DNA from: Octopus vulgaris | Lineage: Eukaryota | NCBI GenBank assembly: GCA_951406725.2 | Contig: OX597821.1 | Coordinates: forward strand, 82,832,001 to 82,896,000 | DNA: 64,000 nucleotides | Direction: 5' to 3' | Shown here: one piece after another, positions 38,496 through 53,285 of the stretch | Numbering within the stretch: the stretch's first letter is position 1 | Layout of the letters: each line of letters opens with the position of its first letter | Translations under genes and position numbers: made by a program | Notes under the pieces: model-generated | The model's database searches: none | Seen by the model: only the letters and a program-made list of their open reading frames with translations | What the model was told of the DNA's origin: nothing

Positions 38496-40631
38496 TGCAA
38501 ACCTTTATGGAAAACAGTCAATGTAGGAAGAAGAATGAGATGATATATACCTGTCCAGTTCATGAAAGATGAAACATAAACAAAATTACTATCATTACAT
38601 GAATATATGATGTGAAAATACACTACTCAATATCATAAAATATCAAAGTGAACAGCCACAAAATAAAGGTGGCCCATATAATATCATAAATATTGTTGAT
38701 GTTAACTAGCTCAGACCACTCCCTCATATAAGTTTTGACAGAATTGGTTGCATAGCTCAAATGTGATGTGAGTAGAGGACATATCAAGTGTTTTATAGTT
38801 GAAAAGTATGAGGTTACAAACAGGATCACAGTAAATAACAGAAATAGGGTAAATATTTTGCTTGGAGTGAAGTAAATCATCTGGAAAGTTAAGACACTTG
38901 GCTATTGACTATAGGTTTAACAATTCAAATATTTAATCATTATGTTATGCAAGAAGGCTTTTTAATTTATATGCAGTGACAAAAAGGAAAAAAAACAAAA
39001 AAGGAAAGAAAAGAAAAAAAAAACAGGACAATTTATGGATGGAGCATCTTTGATTATAGCTCAGTGAGAGCTTTTCTTGGGACTAAAGCAGCAGACATAC
39101 AGGAACAGACTGGACAATGTAGAAGATTCAACATGCCCAGACTGCTGCTACTTTGCACACCATCAGATTAACCACTGCACATCGGAGTGTGCAGCATTGT
39201 CGTCCAGTAGTCGATGGATGCAGGAAGCACGTGGATCAATAAAACGCACTCAATCGTTCAACCTACAAACCTCTAAGCTATGCTTATAGGTTTATGTGAA
39301 CTAAGCTGATTGGGACCTTACAACATAATGTAATGTTCGTAGTAGGATAGCAACCAGGAGTCCTCTTTTGTCCACGAGATACATAAGCAAAACAGTCGAT
39401 GAAAAATACAGCTGGTCTCAGACACATTAAAAGTCAGGTTTGCTAATAAAGGGTTTCCTTTGGGAGAGGACTGATATTTCTAATGTTCCTGCCTTACTCA
39501 ACGCTATTAACGATGCAAGTGATGTGAAGGGGCTTCCAACTGGAATCGAAACCTGTAACTATTGTGCTCCAACTAAGTCTGCCTGACCCGTTTTCATACA
39601 GGCCATCACCACTTATAGACATAGAGGAACAAACTGGGGAGGAGAGGAAATGTGCAACAGTAGGATAAAATCTAAGTGAGTTCAAAGTACTCAGATTAAA
39701 GTCCGATTATTGCTGGGAGGAACAAAAAGGAAACTGAGAGGTGCACACTCTTTTCAGAAAATGTGAATTATCTTAACCAGATGCTTAAATCTGGTCGTGA
39801 TTATTTACCATCTTCGACCGATACGGGACCCATCTATGCAGAGTTAGTTGCAAAACCGTTGTAGCACAATTTATAGACATTAAAAACAAATAATAATGAA
39901 AAATGATGCCAATATTAGAATATAACATAAATTACCAGAACAAAACATAACACTTTGATACAAAGAATATTTATAACAAAAACATGTTGACATAATAATT
40001 ACGAACACAAAACTTGTACCCCAACCAGGACGGTCCTAGTCAACCATACCAAAAACTCGGTACAATTAGGTAAAATGGGACCCAATTTTCATCGACTCAT
40101 TCTAAGAAGTGATGGAAATAAGGTTTGAGGAATAACTTCAGGTTGTATTCAGAATTTAGTGTTGAGGCTCATAATCAACAACAGGAGCCAAGTTGTTTAT
40201 TTAAAATGTAGAAACTTTACCAAACCGTTATTAATAAATAACTTATTTGGGAGTAGAGAAATTCAACATAAATATTCTAAGTATGTATTATGGACATTTT
40301 AAGTTTTGATTACCAAAACTACGGGTAAGGAATCGCACCAGTTACCAGGTCGCACTTGCGACGACAATTTTGACAGCAAATAATTAATTTTTTTTTTTTT
40401 TTGTTTGAATGGATAATATGCGTCTACCAGACTGCAATCGTTTTTGTTTCTATATACGGTCTCAGAAGATCAAATCATTTGTCTGGTAAGTACATCTCCG
40501 AAATGAGGAGGTAAATTAGAGCAAATAGTTAATTTAATTAGGAAAGAAAAAAAAAACTCATTATAAACGAAAATAAAATGTCAGTTTTTAAAATTTTATA
40601 ACCAAAGCCTAAGACTTGCCGGTATTTATGT

Positions 40632-40671
<40 letters not shown>

Positions 40672-40844
40672 TTAATTAAAAATTTACGGGTTAGCTGAGT
40701 CCCTAGTAGTAATGCCAATAAAGTCCGGCCACTAGAGACACCACAGAGTACCCACCCACAATCACACAAATACTAAATACGTATCCACCCACCCTTCAAT
40801 CGTGTTTTGTATTTTTGCGTTTGTATGTTGCGTATGATACCTAC

Positions 40845-41035
40845 CCTTTCGCCTCGTAAAATTCACTGTATTTCGAGAGATGCTTGTAGTTACAACCCAT
40901 CCAACCAAGAAGGATGACGACTGGTTCCTTAATGCAGTCTGTCGATGTCGTATTCAGGTCTGCTTTGCTGTGTTTACTCGCATCGCTGTATGGTGACGAT
41001 GGCAGCTTCAGATGGTATTCAAAGTCGTCATCCAT
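40845..41035 (-). CDS. TMEM53: TMEM53 (DUF829 alpha/beta-hydrolase-like) coding exon 1
   Basis: MDDDFEYHLKLP...EPVVILLGWMGCNYKHLSKYSEFYEAKG contains the family motif PVVILLGW.GC...HL.KYS. Donor GTAGGT, phase 2. Confidence 0.92.
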
Positions 41036-41617
41036 GGTATCGCCGTTTTTTGTGTTCACTGAATGATTCCTAACAGCTCCACCGCGCAGAAAATGAACGA
41101 GTGTATATATATATATATCCTTATAAATCCTTCGGCGAGAACCGTTTACTGGTGACTGTTTCGTCTCGTGTTCGTGCTCAAACACTACATCGATGTACAA
41201 ATATGTGACAACAAAAGCTGAGAACTTCGTAAATAGTATCAATTAGTAAAATCTATTCGACAGACGTAGAAATAATGTATGAAGATTATTTTCTCACGAG
41301 ATGAATTAAAGTTACATAAATACCCCTGCTGCCAACTACAATGCTGGGATAATTAAACAGTTGTGTATTATTAATCAGCCAAGCAACGAAGAAGCGCCCT
41401 GTGTTGGTGTTGCCGGTTCTTTTCCTTTACAACATAACGATAGATTAAACAAAGGCGAGGAGACTGTCTGCCAGTCTTTGTGAGTGGGTCATCGACAGGC
41501 AGAGCAGACAGGAAACAACTATAAAACAGTGTCTGTTATTCGACCGAACTATCTCTTGTTCAACCAATAACAGATCTTCTCTCAACTTCTTGTGAGTTTC
41601 TATGTTACCATGGCATT

Positions 41618-41621
<4 letters not shown>

Positions 41622-41695
<74 letters not shown>

Positions 41696-41926
41696 GTGTG
41701 TGTGTGTGTATATATATATATGTGTGTGTGTGTGTATATATATATATGTGTGTGTGTGTGTGTATATATATATGTGTGTGTGTGTGTGTGTATATATATA
41801 TGTGTGTGTATATATATGTGTGTGTATATATATGTGTGTGTATATATATGTGTGTGTATATATATGTGTGTGTATATATATATGTTTGTATATATATATG
41901 TGTGTGAATATATATATATGTGTGTG

Positions 41927-41957
<31 letters not shown>

Positions 41958-42112
41958 GTATATATATATATGTATATATATATTTATATATATGTATATA
42001 TATATATGTATATATATTTTTATATATGTATATATATATATGTATATATATAGGTATATATATATATGTATATGTATATATATATGTATGTATATGTATA
42101 TATATATATATC
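41622..42112. repeat. Compound (TA)n/(TG)n microsatellite
   Basis: Directly visible; source of the YI/CV pseudo-ORFs. Confidence 0.97.
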
Positions 42113-42114
42113 TT

Positions 42115-42333
42115 TTATCGTTTACTTGTTTAAGTCATTAGACTGCGGCCATGCTGGGACACTACTTTGAAAGGTTTTTAGTCAAACTAATCGTCTCCCG
42201 TACTTACGTTTTTTTTGTTTTTTTTTAACCGGGTACTTATTCTATCGATCACTTTTGCCGAACCGCTCATTTGGTGGGGAGGCATAGAGAAACCAACACT
42301 AGTTGTCAAGTGGTAGTGAGGCAAACACAAGAT

Positions 42334-42370
<37 letters not shown>

Positions 42371-42540
42371 GGTATACGAAGGGCTTCCTTCAGTTTCCGC
42401 CTAGCAAATCCACTCACAAGACTTTGGTCAGTCCAGGGCTATAGCAGATGACACTTACCCAAGGTGCCATGCAGTGGGACTGAACCCAAGACGACATGCT
42501 TGGCAAACAAGCTTCTTAGCTACACAATCACCCATGCACC
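42115..42540 (-). mobile_element. CORE-type SINE copy (diverged)
   Basis: Reverse complement of the 5534 family. Confidence 0.75.
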
Positions 42541-42919
42541 TATCCTATTATAAATTTGAGTGATGTTTCTCTGTCCATTACATTTTTATTTCTGTTAAAT
42601 CCTCCAAGACCATTGGTACAAGGACAGTGAAGCTCAAACCTGCAACTCACCCGATCCCATGGAATGTCCTAAGGGGTCCTATTTTTTAAGGGCCGCCTAA
42701 TCCCCCACCCCTATTTTTACTGCATTTACCTCACTCCTACACTTATTGATTAAACTATGATCAACATCAGTGCTTTGCACATTTGCAGAAATAAGTTTGG
42801 GCATTACATTACACAAAGGCAGAGGGCTGCAAAGCAGCCCGATAGTGGGGCCAAGGGCCTCAAAGCTACCCTTCACAGGAGCTAGCCTGAATGCCGACTG
42901 AAGGGCAGCTACAAGGCTA

Positions 42920-42920
<1 letters not shown>
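42541..42920 (+). mobile_element. Short Helitron-like element
   Basis: Starts ATCCTATTATAAA and ends with a GC-rich segment and CTAG|T. Confidence 0.4.
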
Positions 42921-42969
<49 letters not shown>

Positions 42970-43006
42970 ATGTATAAAAATGTGTTCAAATGAATACTAG
43001 TAAAGA

Positions 43007-43039
<33 letters not shown>

Positions 43040-43221
43040 CAGTGGCAGATCTAAATAATTGATAATAACAACAACAATAACTTTTGTGGCTGCAGGTGAT
43101 ATTAGCATTAAACAGCTATATATAATAAATTCATAATTCTATTAGAGAGAACATGAATCACTTTCTAGCAGGCTGGTGCTTCGTGCAACCTCTAATATAA
43201 TTATAAATTTATTATTTATAC

Positions 43222-43792
<571 letters not shown>

Positions 43793-45959
43793 GTCATCTC
43801 CTTGTCGCCCAAGACAGTGATAGGATTTGGTTGTTGCATGGGTGTTTGAATAGCTCCATTTGGAGAGGGCATTGCTCACCCAGAGGCTGGGGAGTTTCTA
43901 GAAAAGGTGAACCAAAAATTCCCGGTCTTTCTATATCTGGTCAGTTTAGCACAACTCACTGCAAATTAAGAGCTGTGTCAAGTCCTCATTAACAGCCTGT
44001 TATATGCAGGAGACTGACTGGGAGAGGAATGCCTGTCATCGCCACAGATGGAGGGAGCAGGTTAAGGAGGGGTTGACACCTTTGAAAGAGCACGTATTCT
44101 GCATGAAGAATTAAAGCGTGCTACTCAAAAGTGCACTGCTTGCATAGTGAATGAGGAAAGCTTGGGTTGCAATGTTTGCAGTCATGTATGCTTGTCAAGT
44201 GCAGGGCTCATTAGTAACCAACAGAGCCACAAATGCAAAATATAAGTTAGTCCTAGAGTGCACAATGTTCCTAAAGGTCAGCAATGGTCTTCCTTGGTCA
44301 CAAGTGGATGGCCATCATCATGTATGTATACATACATATATATATATATATGTATGTATGTAGTGGGAATACACTATATTAAAGATACTGTTTTGCTTTG
44401 ATATCATTGTATTATGCAGATATTCCTATAATATATATATTCAATACTAGACTGATTAGGCTTGAGATAAATTATGCTGTGGCATATCTTTTGTTTCATA
44501 TTTGAAGGATTTAAATTAATTTCATTTACATTCAAAATAACATCTTCATTCTTAATCAACAGAAACATAAACCACAGCAAACCAATGTTTCAGTCCTCAA
44601 TCAGTGAGTTTCCAACATCTTTTATGCATTCCCATTAATTTTAGATATTTTTTTGATAGTCAGTTCTTCTACACAGTTTGTGAATGTGTTACAAATAGCA
44701 ACCAAATCCTGCCCTATTGCCTTAGAGAGTTGTGGAAAAATGTAACCCTTGGTATGATCTAAAACAAAAATGGAGTGGTCATGACTTTTATGATACTTAT
44801 CAAAGACATTCCCAAAATATGAAATTTGTGGTTCATGATTCTGTAATTCTTTCAGTTTTTCATAATATATTGTTGAATAATGTGTCTTATGATTTGAATT
44901 CTGTTTATAAGTTGTTAATGGTTAATTTTTATGGAACTTTAAAAGAAATGGTAATTTTTGAAACAGAAAAGAGAAAATGAATGATAAAGGAAAGAAGTAT
45001 ATTTATTCTATGGTGGCAGATGGTTGAAATGATGATGTGTACAGAAATGGTAACTTCTGTTGCTTTTGGTTGCAGTCTACATTATTCTTGTATGAAAGAA
45101 ATAATATAGAAAGTAGAGCAATCTTTTAATTTGTTGAAATGAGAATAAAATGGGATATTGGCAAAGGATAGTGAATGAATGAAGAATATGAGTCATATGA
45201 GAAATTTGCATGCAATTAATGTTTTAATCCCTCCAGCTGCAGTTGTAACATTCCGATGGTATTAAGGTTCAGGTTTTTTTTTTAAATATGTAAAACTGTT
45301 GTTAATATGTAATTTTCCCTGAAATTTAAAGAAGTGACTTAAAATATGCAAAGATAAATAAGTAAATAATAAATGTATTGTAACATATTGAATGGAAAAA
45401 TCTCATGGAAAGCGTCCTGTTTACAAAGGTAGATCATTTGGTATTCTGTGCTGTGTCCTAAGAAGTTAATACTTTCATTTTCCTTGTATTTGTTTCAGTT
45501 ATTTTTACTGTGGCCATGCTGGAGCACCGCCCTTAGTCGAGCAAATGGACTCCAGGATTTATTCTTTATAAGCCTAGTACTTATTCTATTGGTCTTTTTT
45601 GCTGAACTGCTAAGTTACAGGGACGTAAACACACCAGCATCAGTTGTCAAGTGATGTTGGAGGGACACACACATACAAATACATATCTATATATATAAAG
45701 CTGAAGTTGTCTGTGTGTGTGTGTGGCAGGTTTGGTAGCCTTCAACTAACACTATCTCCTCTGAGGCCCTGTGGCACTAGTTGACCAAAATTGAGAGTAT
45801 GATAGAAGAAGGCTTGATCTTCATTCCGTAGAAGAAAATATTCAAATCAGACCATATTAAGACCAAAAATTATTTACATCAAAAAATCAAAAAGGTGCTT
45901 TTTTTCTATGAAAATCCCTATTTGTTACGATTTTTTGACTGCTGTTTCGCCATTTTTCG

Positions 45960-46640
45960 GTGTATTACCATAAGTCAAAGACAATGACTAAAGTGAACAC
46001 ACTAATTCACAGACATCAAAAAGGTTTAACAAATAAAGAATGTGACTACCTAACCCATTCTGATTGCAAGACTAGCTACTTCTACAGTCCTGCAAAAATC
46101 CATAAGAATCAAACTATTAAGAATGCATGTAAAGAACCAACTTCAAGTTACATAAGCATACAATATCTCACTGATCTTAAATTTAGACCAATCATTGCAG
46201 GCCCAAACTGTGAAACACACAGACTCAGTAACTTTTTTAGATATATTACTGAAACCTATTTTAAAATACATGCCAAGTCTTGTGAGGGACCTGTTACACC
46301 ACTTCCCCAAATTCTTAAACAATGATACCACTATTGTATGTTTTGATGTGGTAAACCTCTATACCACAATCCAACACCAATATGGACTAGAGGCAATAAA
46401 TTTCTGGCTTGAGAAATTCCCTCATGAAATTCCAGACAGAATTGAAAAGAGTTTCAAATACCTCCAATACTCTATCCTTTTTTACAATACACAGCCCAAG
46501 AAACACAGAGGTTTACAATATTATCCACCAGAACATCCCACTACTACAAGACCCAAGAATGAAATAAGCATTTGAAATACACAAAATAATCAAAAGTAAA
46601 AGACAATCAAGTGCTAAATTACCTTCCACAATTCCTATAC
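45960..46640 (+). mobile_element. Penelope-like reverse transcriptase fragment (frameshifted)
   Basis: FYSPAKIHK, LKFRPIIAGP, FLDILLKP and FDVVNLYTTI motifs spread over two frames. Confidence 0.85.
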
Positions 46641-47842
46641 CAACATCAAAGACAGACTTTTACTGTTAAAAATCACTTTACATGTTCTTCAAGAAATTTA
46701 CAAACTTAATCATGTGTTTAATCTCTTCCAACACTTGGCAGAAAACATTCAGAGCATTGATTGTTTGGACATGTTCAGTCAACCGTGTCAGCTTTAATTT
46801 ATGACGACAAACATTGTCACTTGATACTAACACACGGATGTAGCAGGGAACCAATAAAAATTTCTAAAACCACTCATATAGCTATCCTCTACCAATCAAA
46901 TCCTATTGAAAGCAGATACTAATTTGAGCCATGGATTCTCCATAAAAATTGGGCAAGCTTAAAATATAAGCCACATCTTTCTATTTGAACTTTTTGAAAA
47001 TTAGTGTAAACTGTGAAACCAGTTAAAACTCTAAATATAAAAATTATTTTATCTATTCTCAGTGCATTTTCAACTTCTATTTTTAAAGCCTGGTACTTAT
47101 TCTATTGGTCTCTATTGATGAAAACACACCAACATCGGTTGTCAAGAGGTGGTGGAGGACAAAGACAGAAACATAGATATGCACACACACACACACACTC
47201 ACACACACACACACACATACACCCATAAATGCATGCATGCTTTCATACATATGATAGGCTTCTATCAGTTTCCATCAATCATGTCCACTCATAAGGCTTT
47301 GGTCAGCCAAGGCTGTAGTAGAAGACATGTTTTCGAAGTGCCACACAGTGGGACTGAACTCAGAACCATGTAGTCGGGAAGCAAACTTCTTACCACACAA
47401 AACATTTTCCCAACCCCCAAGGTTCATAAATAGTTTTAGTGTTGAGAATCTTTTCAATGTCAGAATCTGCTTTTCTATTCTGAATTGCTCCCTTAACAAC
47501 CAGGAATGCTGACCATTGACAGCAGTTTAATTTTGTGACATTTTCACTAGAGGAAAAAATTACAAAGAAAGCAGAGTGATTTGATTCGTTAGTTTTTTTT
47601 TTTGATTATCTCTTAATTTCAAAAATGAGATTTTGTAAATATTGTTCAGTTTGGTTTTTATGTTTCTAAAATCTTTCCTTCAATATAAAACTTGTTTATT
47701 CAATTTGTGTTGGTTTTCTGATAGGTTTTTTAATGAATCTGACCATGAAAACCATCAGAAATCATTTGTTTTCTAGGTAAACCACATCTGTGAAGTGAGA
47801 CCAGTACAACAGTAAAATTATAGCAACTATAACTCTAGAGTG

Positions 47843-48095
47843 TGGAGGCGTGTGGCCTAGTGGTTAGGGTGTCAGCATCATGATCGTAAGATTGTGGTTT
47901 CGATACCTGGACCAGGCAATGCATTGTGTTTTTGAGCAAAACACTTCATTTCACGTTGCTCCAGTCCACTCAGCTGCCAAAAATGAGTAACAGTGCGATG
48001 GACTGGCGTCCCGTCCAGCTGGGGAACACATGCCATTGAAACCGGGCCCATGAGCCTGGCTAAGCTTTAAAAGGGCACATTTATTTATTTATTTA
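47843..48095 (+). mobile_element. tRNA-derived SINE with V-domain-like block
   Basis: TGGCCTAGTGG and GGTTTCGATACC boxes, GCGATGGACTGGCGTCCCGTCCAG, (TTTA)n tail. Related copy at about 29297-29530. Confidence 0.65.
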
Positions 48096-49012
48096 TAACT
48101 CTAGAGTAGTGGTTCCCAGACTTTTTCAGGCTGCCGCCCCCTTGGTTCTAAGGCCACATTCCTAGTGCCCCCCACCACAGACAGACCATTTTCTGCTGCA
48201 AATTCAAAACAGTATTTCACAAATAAAACCTAACCTAATTAATCCTTTATTTTGTTTTTTTGTTTTTTCTTTACATCCATTGCCCCATTTTGGTTTCTCC
48301 ATTATTACCCCATTTTTTGGTTAACGTTGATATTATTACCCGGAAACGAAATCAGAAAAAAAAAAAGTTTTTAAAAATGTTTTTATACATTGTAATTTTA
48401 ACCATTTAATTGTTTTATTAAATTTTTCCTCAAAGAACTCTGTCAATAATTCTTATTCTTCTACATAAAAAGGCAAAAGAATACACACACATATTTATAA
48501 AACCGTTTCAAATTTCGGCCCAAGGCCAGCACTTTTAGGGAAGTGGGTAAGTCGATTACATCGACCCCAGTACTTAATTTATCGATCCGGAAAGGCAAAG
48601 TCGACTTCGGCGGAATTTGAATTCAGAATGTAGAGACGGACAAAAGCATTTTGTCTGGTGAACTCACGATTCTGCCAGCTCTCCGCCTTACATACCTATA
48701 TAACAGTAATAGGGATTCGAAGAATCAGAACTCACTTACATGTGAGTGTGTGTGTGTGTGAGTTTTATGTAAATTGGAATTCTTCCTTGTTTTACTTGTG
48801 TGTGAAAGACAAATAGGGTTAAGATTACCAAGGTATGATCGTAATAACTTTGATACTAAAATTCATATTCTGCATATCGAAAAGTGGCGACGCATTAATT
48901 ATCTGGTTATTAAATCAACTGACTGTGTTTAAGTCAGGGGAAATCAGAAAACAAATAGAGACGTTTCAAGCTGGCCCTAATCGGTCGCACAGATATTTGT
49001 ATATTGACAACA

Positions 49013-49025
49013 GTTGCCTAGCAAC
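49013..49025. promoter_or_regulatory. RFX X-box upstream of ARMH1
   Basis: GTTGCCTAGCAAC fits GTNRCC(N0-3)RGYAAC and lies about 105 bp upstream of the ATG. Confidence 0.7.
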
Positions 49026-49049
49026 TGTTCTAAGTAACTGTAGCAGTGC

Positions 49050-49083
<34 letters not shown>

Positions 49084-49128
49084 AGTAAAGCTAACATGGA
49101 AGGCTACTAACAACCACAGTGACACGCT

Positions 49129-49334
49129 ATGAGACCAGCTAAGGAAGAAGCCCAGATCAACAGGGTGTTTGATTTGTTCAAAGAGTGGGACAAGGGAGAC
49201 GAAGCTACACGGAAGAAAATCCTTACTTGTTTTATCCAACAAAACAAAAACAAAACTGGACCTGAACTGGAAATGCAGTTTGCTGAAGGGGCCAGTTTGA
49301 TGTTGGCTCGTATCAGTGCATGGCTCCGTCTTTC
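49129..49334 (+). CDS. ARMH1: ARMH1 (C1orf228, armadillo-like helical domain protein 1) coding exon 1
   Basis: MRPAKEEAQINRVFDLFKEWDKG...KTGPELEMQFAEGASLMLARISAWLRLS matches the recalled ARMH1 N-terminus (KEQAAISRLL...EWD...[21 protein letters not shown]..WLRLT). Ends at donor GTATCCTTT, phase 2. Confidence 0.88.
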
Positions 49335-49524
49335 GTATCCTTTAATGATTGATAGCTTTTCCAACGATATATCCCACACATGCACAGCACCAGTTCAAAC
49401 ATAGGCGCGCAATGCACATACCTATACTCGTATGTTAAGCACACAGACACACAAACCTCGACATCGTGTAGTTTTCTAAGAAAGAGCAAAGCAAATGCAA
49501 ACCCTCGTTTTCCAAATCCATTAG

Positions 49525-49815
49525 ACTAAATGTCACAGTAATTTTTTTCACGCTAAGAGTTGCTGAAGTATGGAACAAACTGCCGGCATCAGTTGTTATT
49601 TGTCGGAGCACTGCATCCTTCAAAACTTCCATGCTTCCTGAGATTCTCCAACACTACACCTGATTTCCTCCCCTCCATATACACGCAAGCATGGATCTGA
49701 CTCATACACTGTTCACTTCCCAGGCATTTGTACATTACTTCATGTGCTTTATATGCACTTTTGACAAGTTGTGGTGCACCTGAGCACTGTATGCAATAAT
49801 TTCATTATTATTATT
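49525..49815 (+). mobile_element. CR1 LINE 3' end fragment
   Basis: FFTLRVAEVWNKLPASVV...ASFK C-terminal motif and an (ATT)n tail. Confidence 0.65.
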
Positions 49816-50249
49816 AAATATTTGTAAAACGGCAATCTTTCGAAAGATTACTTGTAAAACATTCTCTAAATCCTTCGTTTGAATTTCCCCAGAGTAAAAT
49901 CTGTGTACTATATGTACATAATCGCGTGTGCATATATCAATCAGACACACGCACGCACGCCTCCCATAGTTTTTGAAAGTTATGAGAATACAAAATCGAT
50001 TCGTGTGAATTATCCAAAACTTCTCTCCCAACTTCCGAAAAAAGTTTCACAGCAAATTCCGACATAGTCCGAATCTACGCCATGTAGAAAATTCCATTAA
50101 AATCTATCCATGCTTTGGAAAGTCATAACGATGTGGGGACACGCTCGTGCAGGTAGGTCCAGTAGAGCTTAGGAAAAACATTCCAAAGATTTTATCCCGA
50201 ATAAACTGTGTATGATGCATGTGCACAATCAGGTGTGTATATGGTACGT

Positions 50250-50535
50250 ATACGCACGCTCACGCACATACACACAAACACATGAACACGCTAACATACG
50301 AACACACACACACACAAACACACATGAACACACTAACATACGAACACACACACACGCACAAACACACACATGAACACACTAACATACGAACACACACACA
50401 CGCACAAACACACACATACACACATGAACACACTAACATACGAACACACACACACATACATACACACACAAACACACACATGAACACACTAACATACGAA
50501 CACACACACACGCACACACACACACACGAACACAC

Positions 50536-50600
<65 letters not shown>
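50250..50600. repeat. CA-rich minisatellite (CATGAACACACTAACATACGAA + (CA)n units)
   Basis: Unit repeated 5 times with variable CA spacers. Confidence 0.9.
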
Positions 50601-50604
<4 letters not shown>

Positions 50605-51214
50605 CACCCGCAGGCACGCAATCACGCTCGATTTAGGTCAGACTCCACCCTGAAGTTGATCTTCAGAAGGTGAGCTGGCCCTTAGAGTTTTCCCACAAAC
50701 TTAGTAAAAAGCCATCAAGAGATTTCTCTTAATGACCTTTGACCAGGTTGTCCAATAACTCGTATTTTTACCCAAGAAATTACCATTTGATGGAACTCTA
50801 TAAGTAAAGTCTGCTACATCGCTTGGGGTTCTAAGTTTAGTAAATATATTGAATAAAACCCAGAGCATTTGGTGAATGGTTTCCACCGATGCGTGAAGAC
50901 TGTACTCTTAAAGGTTAAACGTCCTCGTGCACTTAATGTCATCTCATCGGGGAAGAAAAAAAAAGGAAAGTTCTTATGATAAAAATCATTTACATAATAG
51001 TACTCATATAGAGAATGAAGACTTTATCAAAGGGGGGTAACTTCTGTTAGAACTTGTTAGAAGTTATGTCCCTTACTTCAGGGATTTGAGTAGTATAGCT
51101 TGAATCTAAATATTCTTTTCTACTCTAGGCACAAGGCCCGAATTTTGGTGGGAGGGGCCAGTCGATTAGATCGACCCCAGTACGCAACTGGTACTTAATT
51201 TATACTTACGGATC

Positions 51215-51587
51215 TATCAGGATGAGGCTCGTTTTCTCGGCTGTAGTTTCTGGATCGGAATTTCTAGAACCACCATTGACTCTGGCTTATGCTTATTGTC
51301 CGATCTCCATATACTGCATTAATATTCCTTGTACTTTCTGTTGCATTGTGACTTTTATTGAACTCATGAAGCAAAATATGCCAAATATGCTCCTTTGTCA
51401 CTTTCATTATAGCTTTGAAAAAATAACTGTTAAAATCGAACTGCACTCTTCAAAACTCACACTAGGAATATATGAACAAGGTATTACCTGCTTTTATAGC
51501 AAGTTGTTGCAGGTAGTTCATCCATCCCCCTCTGACTTTTAGTCCAGGCAATTGAAAAAAACCACATTATTTATGGGATGACCCAAT
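51215..51587 (-). mobile_element. Mariner transposon 5' fragment
   Basis: Terminus TATTGGGTCATCCCATAAATAA and the mariner HTH MKVTKEHIWHILLHEF...RNINAVYG...WWF. Confidence 0.8.
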
Positions 51588-52299
51588 ATATATACAGATA
51601 AATATAAAATCCAAGGATGAAAGTGAAGGAAGAAAATTAGCTTTAAGCAATTTAGTAAATATAAAAAACAACTTCCAGGGACAATTGTGGTATATTGAAA
51701 TGGAAGGTTGTGGATTCTTTTTTTCCTTAAATTGAAAAAAGTTCTTTCTATATTTCGTGGTAGGTGAATAATGTAAACTTTCATTTAATCAAGATATCCT
51801 TGGCTTGAAGCGTAGCTTGCAGTATACACCTCACTTGGATATTTACCACTTCCAAGGTTCCACTCACTATGAAACATATGTAGCCTGGATCTTATCTACT
51901 CCACACACAGCAGGGTGCAATGTTTCACCAAAATCAAGAATTATAATTGTCACTAAATGTGACTAGGGTGTTAAGAAACACCTAAATTGCTAGAAATAAT
52001 AGCTAAAATACTCTAATGCTGTTGTTAACGTACATGAATGTAAACATATGCTCTAACAGGAACCTGAATCGTCTGAAAATTGCTGATTGAGAATTCTTAA
52101 TACTGATGTCAGTTTCAGCAATTTCCGTTGCCTCATCAGTTAATCACACTCAATTGTTTTCAGACTTGCTTCTCTCTTAGTATATATATTTTTATCATCC
52201 AAATTAATTGATGGCTTAATGGATATATACTTCCTAAAAAATATATTACTGCTCTAATGCTTTAGAGCATGCTTCTTTTTCTGAAATATGGACTACTGA

Positions 52300-52336
<37 letters not shown>

Positions 52337-53285
52337 TATATGCGCGTGTGCATGCACACACACACACCCATGTATATATATATATATATATATATGTATA
52401 CATGTGTATACACATGTATGGATATGTTTATTTAGGTATACTTATAGTGTGTCTGTGTGTATTTGGCTTGCAAGATTTTTGATGTGAACTCATGTCTTGA
52501 AATATATTTTGTTATATCTTGGGAGGGTCATTATGCTAATAATAAATTCACACACTGATTTTTATTCACTTCTTTCTTAATTATTTGTCTATTTAATCAA
52601 CTAATTAATTGCTTGATTAATTAATCAATCAGTTTGGTTTACTCAAGCACTTTTTGCCACTATTTGTGACACCATCTGAAGCAGACTTAGAGTAGATAGG
52701 TCACATCATTTCAACAATTGTTACTTGCTTTTCACAGGACTGCACATTTCCCACCGAGAGCCACGGCAACCTATTGAGTTAAGAACTAAACTCCACTGTC
52801 ATCTCTCATCCGTTGTCTGCCCTGAAAAGTCAGGTGAAGTGCTGCTGGAAAGCCACGTATAGTTGCTTGGAACCAAGCATCATGCACCTGTTTTTATCCG
52901 CCAAAACCTCGACGATGACTGCACTTGTTCCCTACCACTGTTTAACAACAACTGTTGGTTTGCTTAGCAGTGTGGCTAAAAGGATTGATAGAATAAGTAC
53001 GAAGCTTAAGGGGGAAAAAAAAAATATGACAGGCACTGGAGTTGGGTCATTGAATTAAAATCCTTCAAGGCAGTGCCCCAGTACGGCTGCAGTCCAGTGA
53101 CTGAAACAAGTAAATAAAATGCATGTGCGTGCACACACACACACCTTCTCTCACACACAATATACTCAGATATGTCTTGTTGCTTATCATCATCATCATT
53201 TAGCGTCCACTTTCCATGCTAGCATGGGTTATATCATTTATAGCCATCATATGTATGACATTGAAGTTCCTTAATTCCCCTTCAG

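Larger units (their letters stand above)
49335..53285 (+). other. U12-type (minor spliceosome) GT-AG intron of ARMH1
   Basis: 5' splice site GTATCCTTT at 49335. Branch point TTCCTTAAT at 53267-53275, ending 10 nt before the intron end. Flanking exons join in frame. Confidence 0.85.

Noticed and set aside
39070-39800. LINE-like Cys/His knuckle (CPDC...H...C) and possible RT debris
   Set aside because: Too degenerate to classify or delimit by eye.
49335-49404. C-terminal part of ORF 49129-49404 (YPLMIDSF...)
   Set aside because: Read-through into the U12 intron; homology continues in the exon at 53286.
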